Shown piece after piece: positions 55,634 to 64,000 of a stretch of 64,000 nt of DNA; position 1 is the stretch's first letter, and each line of letters starts with the position of its first letter. The translations under genes were made by a program, and so were the position numbers. Source of the DNA: Cycas panzhihuaensis (lineage: Eukaryota > Plantae > Cycadophyta); contig CM041465.1 of the NCBI GenBank assembly GCA_023213395.1, positions 229,283,741 to 229,347,740 of the forward strand, given 5' to 3'. The notes below the pieces were generated by a model that worked only from the letters and a program-made list of their open reading frames with translations, made no database searches and was not told the origin of the DNA.

Positions 55634-55994
55634 GCTTTGATACCAAATGTAAGAAATGTACACACTCAAAAAACAAAATAAACAACAACTAAACTCGAAT
55701 TGATCTTATCATGTATTAAAAATTGAGTGTGTACATATGGTAATAGCATACACCTATTGCAAAAGATAGGAATATGAAGGGTTGATCATGCAAGGTGCCA
55801 CATGCCACCTTGTATGTTCAATATACAAAAACATTACAAAATAAGTGTGTGCATAATAGACTCCACATACTTAGAATCATAACATTAAGTTATAAGTAAC
55901 CCAAACTATGACAATAGGACCCTTACAATGCACTAACATAATGTATTAAACATCTAACCCATAAATTAAACATGAACTCCCAACACCTACAACA
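55634..55994 (-). mobile_element. 5' LTR (~55648-55985/55994) with tRNA-Met PBS; partner LTR not found
   Basis: gctttgatacca (55634-55645; minus strand TGGTATCAAAGC), 2 nt from tgtaag; distal end ..caaca uncertain. Confidence 0.68.
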
Positions 55995-55999
55995 GAGAA

Positions 56000-58900
56000 A
56001 AAACTTGCTAGTTGATAGTTTGAGAAGAGCAAAGACTATGCATGGAGAGAAATAGGCAACCATGGAAGAAATAGAGTTGCCCAGTCGAAGTTTGAAGGGG
56101 GTGCAACTATTGTCCATAAACAGAGAGCCGCAAAGAAGCCTAGATGTTGATCGTCACCACCTGCTGCCTCTTGTCTGCTCTTGTGGAGTTACTTGCTGCT
56201 AGATGGGAGTCGCCCACCATTGCACTAATTGCCGCATGGAGCCACCTCCTCGCAGTCACATCTTCTGCCATTGTTTGCAGTCGTCGCAAGGATGCTAGCC
56301 GTCGTTTGGAGAGCCACTGCTATCACTTTGAAGAGCCGCCAACCGTAGTGATGAACGAGGCAACTACCATATATCTGAGCTGCCAATCACTGCTGCCAAT
56401 CGTAAACAACCACCACTAGAATGAAATATGAACCACCGCTTGCAATTTGAGTTGCCTTTGATATTATTTTGACAAATGTGTAATGTTTAAAACATTACCC
56501 TATACACATCAGCATATTCATTAGAATATGCCTACTTTAATAAAAGGTTTTTTTAAAAGTTCTTTTTCTATAATCTTTTATTTTATAAAGAACTTTAATT
56601 TAACATTTTTCCTCCAATTGGGTATTACATTTTAAAGAGGATTCTAAGCTATTTAAACTTTGTATTTTATCCTCTTTAAAGGATATTTCTTGGCATTATT
56701 TAAAGAGTATTTTAAGAGAACTTTTTAATGTGTTTTATCCTCTTTTGAGTGTATTTCACTGCTACTTTTAGAAAGTTCTTTTTGAATTTTTAATTGTACT
56801 CCTCTTGTGTTATCCACCTTGCGGTCACTGAGTGAAATGTGAGACTCACACTTGCGATGGTTCAAACACTGATTCTCTCAATTTCCTTATCACAATACTT
56901 CATAATGATGTCCTTGTGAATATTGTTGGCTCTAGCTTGCTAGAATCACTAAGCCTTGATTGAAGATCTAAGTGATATTTGAGCCTTATAAAGGTTTAAG
57001 GAAGTTATTGAAGGAGCAGACAAAAAGCTTAAAATAAACCAAATTGATTGCATTACAGAAGCGACACGACATGGCAGGAACCTAGAACACTGGCAATCAT
57101 TAATCTGCCAGTGATTGGCGAGTTAATTACTCATCTTCAAGGGAAAATACTTGCATATGATGCATGGAAGACCCTCATGGATTTATTAGAGCCTTGAAAC
57201 TTGCTTTACTCATATAAAATGTCCATTAATGGTTCTATCTCTCTTTATCTGCAAAAATTGAAAGAGATAGGAGTGAATTGTGTTGTTGTAGCTAAAATCT
57301 TAGAGAACATCACTCTTAACAACCTGCATATGGTCTATCATACTTTTGTAACAAGGAGCACTACCTCAACTTCTTTCCATTTGTTGAGTTGGGTAGATGA
57401 TTGTTGCATGAAGAGCAACTTATTATGTTATGGTAATGATTGTAGCAGTGTTGTGGTATTTAAAGAAAAAACACCTAATAATTCTACGAAGCAACAATCA
57501 AAAGGCAAAAACAATAATGTATAAAACCAAGCATGATATTATGTGCCGACATTGTGACATTTGAAGAAACAGGACCAAGGGTATGGTTTTTATACATTAT
57601 GATTACAACTTGCATGTACTGCATGAAGATGATGAAATCCTCTTTGCTAGCTTTGTATAGCCAACTCTATTGGCCTAATCAACAACAGAATGTGTATTGA
57701 CACTTAGTTATAGTTGATTTTTTGTAGCAGTAAAATCCTAATCAACAACAGGATGTGCATTGGCACTTAATTCTAGTTGATTTCTTGCAACAGTATAAGC
57801 CTAATCAACAATAGGATGTGTATTGGTACTTAGTTTTAGTTGATTTCTTGTAGCAATAAAAGCCTAATCAACAATAGGATGTGCATTGCACTTAGTTCTA
57901 GTTGATTTCTTGCAGTAGTATAAGCCTAATCAACAACAGGATGTGTATTGGCACTTAGTTCTGGTTGATTTCTTGTAGCAGTATAAGCCTAATCAACAAC
58001 AGGATGTGTATTGGCACTTAGTTCTGGTTGATTTATTGCAACAGTATAAGCCTAATCAACAATAGGATGTGTATTGGAACTTAGTTTTGCTTGATTTCTT
58101 GCAATAGTAAAAGCCTAATCAACAACAGGATGTGTATTAGCACTTAGTTTTGGTTGATTTCTTGCAACAGTAAAAGCCTAATCAACAACAAGATGTGCAT
58201 TGGCACTTAGTTCTAGTTGATTTCTTGCAGTAGTAAAAGCCTAATCAACAATAGGATGTGCATTGGCACTTAGTTCTGGTTGATTTCTTGCAACAGTAAA
58301 AGCCTAATCAACAACAAGATGTGTATTAACACTTAGTTCTAGTTGATCCTAATCAACAACATGATGTGCATTGGCACTTAGTTCTAGTTGATTTCTTGTA
58401 GTAGTAAAAGCCTAATCAACAACAGGATGTGCATTGGCACTTAGTTCTAGTTGACTTCTTGTAGCAGTAAAAGGCTAATCAACAACAGGATGTGCATTGA
58501 CACTTAGTTCTTGTTGATCTCTTAGAATAGTAAGTAATAGTCAATAGTTTCTTTGTCTTCCACCGAGGCAGTATACAAAGCAATAGTTACAGCAGTCTGT
58601 AAAGTCTTTTTGGCTTAGTGGACTTCTTAACCACTTTTGACTTGTTTAGTTGTTATACGACAACCAAGGTGCCATCTAGCTATCAAAGAATTGAGTTTCC
58701 ATGACAGAATCAAGTATGTGGAAGTTGACCATTGTTCTATTCAACAACAAGTGGAACATGGCATAGTTGAGTTGATGTATTGTCCCTCTAAAGATCAAGT
58801 CGTTGACATTCTCACCTAGACTTTGGGTCGTGAGAAGTTTAAAAGACTAAGGACACTGATGTTTATGAGAGAAAATGAACTTAACATTATGAGAAGGTGT

Positions 58901-59259
58901 TGGAAATAATGTACATTTCCATTTCATGTTCATTTCTCATGTAATTAGAATATTTTCTCAGATGGAACCTTCTTAGTCAAATTCATTTAATATGGTGATT
59001 AGTAGAAGTCAAAGATGGTTGAAATATTAAATATGGTAGTTTATAGCCTCCCATAATTTGTGGGAGTTATTAATCAACCATTATGATTTAGCTAGAACTA
59101 ATTCCTACGTTTAGTACATATGTAATCTATATATATGATGTACTCTATTATTTTTAGAATAAGAAAGTTTGAGAATTGTGATTCATTAGTGTATCATCAT
59201 TTCTTATCTCTTGTGCATGTGATATATGCTATGTGTCCTCCTATCTACTTTTTTCAACA
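56000..59259 (+). mobile_element. Ty1/Copia internal-deletion derivative (leader, decayed gag, RNase H, PPT, 3' LTR 58898-59259)
   Basis: gag-like 56900-57570. PR/INT/RT absent. RNase H motifs SLSSTEAVYKA and FHDRIKYVEVDH..QVVDILT (58540-58819). PPT gagaagg 58891-58897; tgttgg...tcaaca LTR. Confidence 0.8.
57674..58534 (+). repeat. Tandem minisatellite, 14 units of 63 bp (one of 62 bp, one of 45 bp)
   Basis: Consensus cctaatcaacaacaggatgtg(c/t)attggcacttagttct(a/g)gttgatttcttgcagcagta(a/t)aag. Unit starts: 57674, 57737, 57800, 57863, 57925, 57988, 58051, 58114, 58177, 58240, 58303, 58348, 58411, 58474. Confidence 0.97.
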
Positions 59260-59272
59260 ATTTTCTTAGTGT

Positions 59273-60856
59273 TTGGATAATACAATAATACACAAGGTAT
59301 TACAAAGCATAAGGGAGATTAGTATGAAAGTAGAACAGAATCTCATGTCAATTGAAAACACTATAGATACAAAGGATAGTGAAAATGAAGAGGAGGAGGG
59401 GAAGGAAGTTCATAACTTTCCTCTAGAAAACATAGAGCTACACTATGAACAACAAAACATAGATGAGACCCCTACCCAAAAGTTAAGGGAAAGTAATCCG
59501 ATACAACAAGGGGAACCTAAAACACCCAAAATCAACCTCGGTACTGAAACAAAACCAAAAAACATCACAATTGGAGACTACTAGAATGAAAAGACCATGC
59601 CAGAGTTACAAGCCCTCTTTGAGGAATTCAAGGATGTGTTTGCATGGTCATATAAAGATCTTAAGGGTATTCCTCCAAAAATAAGAGTACACCACATCGA
59701 TTTAATCGAAGGGGCAAAACCAATAAAACAAAGGCCTTACAGAATGAATCCTCATTATAAGGAAAAAGTTAAGGCCGAGTTGGATAAAATGCTCCAAGCA
59801 AGTTACATCTATGAGATAAGAGTACAATGATTGGGTGAGTTTCATAGTAGTGGTTCCAAAGAAAAATGGATAAATAAGCGTATGTGTAGACTATTAGTAA
59901 TTGAACAAAGTCACTAAGAAGGGTCCATTTCCTATCCCTTTTATAGAAGATGTGCTAGAAATAGTGGGTGGAAAAGAAGTATACACATTCACAAACAGAT
60001 TCAGTGGATATAATCAAGTAAGCATTGCATCGAAGGATCAATCCAAAACGACCTTTGTAACAGAGTAGGGAACTTACGCTTATCGAGTGATGCCTTTTGG
60101 ATTAACAAATGCATCAACAACATTTCATATAATAGTACCCAATATCTTCAAGAAATTAGTAGGGGAAATGATGGCGGTATTCCTTGATGATTGGGCACTG
60201 TATGGAATAATGAAAAACCATATAGAAAACCTCAGAACAAACATGCCAGGAGAATAAATTGTGTTTGAATCCATAAAAATGCACTTTCTTAGTGCCCTTT
60301 TGAAACCTTCTGGGACATGTTATTAGCAAAGCAGGGTTATTAACAAACTTGGCGAAGGTAGCCAGCATTTTACATTATTCCTAACCCCAAAATCAGAAAC
60401 AAATTGAAGGATTCTTAGGTTTAATGGGCTACTATTACAAGTTTGTAAAAGGATATGTGCAGATATCTAGATCCCTAAAGTATCTATTAAAAAAGGAAGC
60501 AAACTGGGAATGGGGTCTAGAGCAACAAAAAACATTCAAAACCTTGAAACGAGCAATAGCTTCATCACCTGTGCTATGATTTCCAGATTGGAGAAAAATA
60601 TTCCACATACATGTCGATGCCTCCCAGTTCGTCATTAGATGTATTCTAGCACAACCAAGGGAAAATAATGTAGATCAACCTATTTACTTCGCAAGCTAGA
60701 AACAAACTCGAGCAGAACAAAACTATACAACTATAAACAGAGAACAATTAGGAACGGTTTATTCCCTACAAAAGTTTCGGCACTCTCTTATCCAGTCCCT
60801 TCATATTTTATGTGGATCACCAAGCATTGATGTATTTGGTAAATAAACCACTATTA
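59273..60856 (+). mobile_element. Ty3/Gypsy (non-chromovirus, Athila/Tat-like) pol fragment: RT and RNase H
   Basis: EFKDVFAWSYKDLKGIPP..PIKQRPYRMNP; VMPFGLTNA ~60088; FLDD ~60180; FHIHVDAS ~60601. Interrupted at 60857 by a Copia. Confidence 0.9.
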
Positions 60857-61797
60857 TGTGAAAAGAGACATAATGGCTTCACAGTCCCAAGATCTAGAAG
60901 CTAGGATCACTCTAGTGTAGAAGCACAAATAGTTAACAAGTATAATACTCTCAAGATGAAAGAAAGCATAAGAAACAAAGCATAAAATGAAGGAGCAAGA
61001 GAAATGATACCAAATGTGTGGAGTTGGAATTGGTCCAACCTCCAAAAGAATAAACAGTTTGATTAGCAAACTGACAGCATAACAATACAACTCCAACACT
61101 CTTATGAGACAACGAGGAAAGATCTCATTATATAGAGTGAAATGAGAGACCTAAGGCTTTGGATGTTTGACAAGTGTCAAACATCCAAGATACATGCCTT
61201 GCATGTAGGACATGTGTCCTTTTGGGCTCTCATGTGAGCAAAAATGCATAAGGGTCCATTTGACCCTTTAGTGACAACGTTGTGTCACTAGAAAGAATGT
61301 GGGTGTGCACTTTATCACTTAAGTGATAAGTCACCTTTAAAGTACAAAAGTACACATATTACCTAAAGAATAAAGTACATAATCTTAACATGTAAACATA
61401 AGGTTTAACACCCCCCCTTACTATTTACAATGTTAAGTTAGACACCAAGACCATCTCTGAATTTTACAAACTTTTCTCTACCAAGAGGCTTGGTAAAGAT
61501 ATTTGTTGTCTGCTCCTCTGTAGGTCTATACTGGATGTTGATCTCACCATTCTGCACATGCTCTCTGATGAAGTGATGGTGAACTTCGATGTGTTTTGTT
61601 CGTGCATGAAAGACTGGATTCTTGGCTAACTTGAGTACACTTTAATTGTCACAATATATCCTGGTGGGGTGATTTTGCTCAAGTCCAAGTTCCCCAAGTA
61701 TCCGTCATAGCCAGATAGCTTCACAAGCTGCGTTGACTGCAGCTTTGTACTCTGCTTCGGTGGAGGACAAGGTAACATTGGATTGCTTCTTGCAACT

Positions 61798-62631
61798 CTA
61801 CGAAACAACTATTGAACCAAGGGAAAAACAGTATCCCGAGGTTGATCTCCTGCTATCTTGGCAACCTGCCCAATCAGAATCTGAGAACCCTTCCAAAGTG
61901 AAGTTCTCATTATGCGCATACTCAAGGCCATGCTGCAATGTGCCTTTGATGTATTTAAGTATGCGTTTAGCTGCATTCCAATGTATCTGATTGGGTTGAG
62001 ACATGTATCGTGAGCAAATCCCAACTGCAAATGAAATGTCCGGTCGAGTGTTGGTGAGATAAATGAGGCTCCCAATCAACTGCCGATAAAGTGTGGGATC
62101 TGCAGGTGCAGCTTCCTCATTGAGAGTAAGCTTAGATCCATTCTCCATTGGTGTAGGCACCTTTGGTTTGCGATCGTGCATCTGAACACGCAAAATGTCC
62201 CAAGAATATTTTGCTTGGGAAATGAAGATATAGCCTGGCTGTTGCCATATCTCAAAGCCTAAAAAATAATGGAGAAGCCCAAGATCTGTCATCTCGAAAC
62301 TTCTCTTCAAGTCATCTTGGAGAATGTGTATCATCTTAGTGTCACTTCCAGTGATCGCTAAGTCATCTACATACAAGGCAACAAAAATGACATGGTTCTT
62401 TTCATGTTTTATATACAGATTAGGATCTGAAGTAGATCGATGAAACCCATGTCTCAAGAAGTAATCATCGATCTTTGAGTACCATGCTCTTGGAGCTTGT
62501 TTCAAGCCATATAACGCCTTTTTTAGGCGACATACAAAATGCTCCTTGCCTTGTACTTTGTAACCGGGAGGTTGCTCCAAATATACCTCCTCCTGAAGAT
62601 CGCCATTAAGAAAGGCGCTCTTCACGTCCAT
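61798..62631 (-). pseudogene. Copia reverse transcriptase (frameshifted on both sides)
   Basis: MDVKSAFLNGDL..LYGLKQAPRAW..LYVDDL..DSDWAG. Confidence 0.93.
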
Positions 62632-62828
62632 CTGATAGACTGGCTATTTGCATTGAGTAGCTAAGGCCAAGATAAGTCTGATGGTGTTCATATTTGCCAT
62701 TAGTGCAAAAGTCTCTTCATAGTCTATGCCTTCTTTTTGTTTAAATCCTTTTGCCACAAGGCGGGCCTTCTGCTGCTTAAGTGAACCATCAAAATGGAAT
62801 TTGGTCTTGTAGACCCATTTGCAATCGA

Positions 62829-63977
62829 TTACTGTTTGTGTTTAGGCAATTCAACCAAATCCCAAGTACCATTCTTTTCAATAGAATGGATTTCTTCATC
62901 CATGGCAGCCTTCCAATTTTCATTTTTAGAAGCCTCCTCAAAAGTGGAAGGCTCATCAACACATAGCACTTTAGCCATAAGTGCATAATTGGTCTGTTGC
63001 CTGTATTTTGATGGACGTTTTCCTTCAATGATGTGGCCGTCCTGAACTGTCTGAGTGTACCATTTTGGTAACTTTTGAATCGAAGTAACTTCAACCTCAA
63101 GATCTTCTGGTCTAAGTGATTGATCAACAGAAGATATGCTTGGATCAAGTGGAGCAAATTCAGTTGATGTAGACGGTCCAGTAGGTGCAGATGATGTACA
63201 TGGTGTAGAAGATTGAGAGGGAAGGAAGGCCTGAACAATCTTCTTGCCTTTGTCAATGGGAGGTTGCATGGATGTTGTTTGCAACTCCTTATGATCTTCT
63301 TCAGCAAAGATGACATCTCTTGAGGGATGCATTTTCTTCCCAATAGGATCATACAACTTGTAGGCTTTGCTATGAATGGCATACCCTACAAAGATGCATT
63401 TTAGACTATGCTTGTCTAATTTTGTCCTTTGTTGATCGGGGATGTGCATATAAGCAGTGCACCTAAAAGTCCCTAAATGGCTGACAGTAGGCTTTTTGCC
63501 AGACCATGCCTCCTCGAGTGTCATATCGGTGACTGTCATAGTTGGACTGCAATTGGCCACATAGGCAGCTGTGTGAAATGCTTTTGCCCAGTAAGCTTGA
63601 GTGAGTCCTTGTGCATGTATCATTGCTTTGGCTTTATTAGCCAAAGTTCTGTTCATTCGCTCGGAGACCCCATTTTGTTGAGGAGTGTGAGGAATAGTCA
63701 GTTGTCTCCGAATGCCATTATCCTTGCAGTATTGAGTGAATTCATTTAAAGTAAATTCACCTCCATTGTCTATCCTTAATGTTTTGATTGAGTGGCTAGA
63801 CTCATTTTCTACTTCAAGCTTGAATTCTTTGAATTTGGAAAAAGCTTCAGACTTGTGCTTGATGAAGTAGACCCAAACTTTATGAGAAAAGTCATCAATG
63901 AAGGAGATGTAATACAAAGCTCCTCCAAAAGATGCGGTGGACATAGGTCCACACAAATCTGAGTGTATCAGTTGCAA
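62829..63977 (-). pseudogene. Copia integrase and start of RT
   Basis: IHSDLCGPM..FIDDFS..DNGGEF..TPQQNGVSERMNRTL; frameshift at the RT start. Confidence 0.93.
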
Positions 63978-64000
63978 AGGATGTGATGCATGCCATGCTT

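Larger units (their letters stand above)
60857..64000 (-). mobile_element. Relatively young Ty1/Copia element, 3' part (3' LTR 60857-61410, PPT, RH, RT, INT); continues beyond the window
   Basis: tgtgaa...tttaaca LTR; PPT 61411-61419; long pol ORFs with only a few frameshifts. Confidence 0.95.

Noticed and set aside
55806-55826. Candidate upstream GALAK exon end (V-Y-x-x-Y-K|GT)
   Set aside because: Contains an in-frame TGA, has no upstream similarity and lies within the LTR-like block.
57674-58534. CRISPR-like appearance of the regularly spaced, partly palindromic array
   Set aside because: Units are contiguous near-identical 63-mers with no unique spacers; there are no cas genes, the context is eukaryotic, and the unit derives from Copia RNase H.
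57674-58534. Repeat-protein ORF (PNQQQDVxWHLVLVDFLQQxK)n, since the unit is 21 codons
   Set aside because: Most units carry TAA/TAG in that frame and one unit is 62 bp, so no long ORF exists.

Overview
AT-rich eukaryotic DNA from a large-genome land plant (probably a gymnosperm; an inference from TE density and heavy C>T/G>A decay). Positions 1-44 kb are a nested pile of LTR retrotransposons. Four have resolvable LTR pairs and perfect 5-bp target-site duplications: Copia 10771-18378 (TAAAG) inside a gag-only element 8657-19170 (TATAC), and a pol-less Copia derivative 38744-43052 (ATTTC) inside a non-autonomous element 37050-44092 (CTTCC). A decayed Gypsy (~19500-31892), itself interrupted by a Copia, splits an older Copia. 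The only intact host gene is the 3' end (three exons, minus strand, 44696-46181) of galacturonokinase (GALAK). Its next upstream exon is not visible, so 46182-64000 is probably part of one very large intron. That intron holds a Tourist-like MITE, further LTR elements and the two most unusual structures. (1) A string of co-oriented, intron-free host-gene fragments (U11/U12-31K, RPB7, PPR) lies directly behind an LTR + tRNA-Met primer-binding site, suggesting multi-gene capture by a retroelement. (2) A 14-unit, 63-bp minisatellite has been amplified from the RNase H coding motif of a Copia deletion derivative. All alignments and identities were done by eye; no database searches were run.
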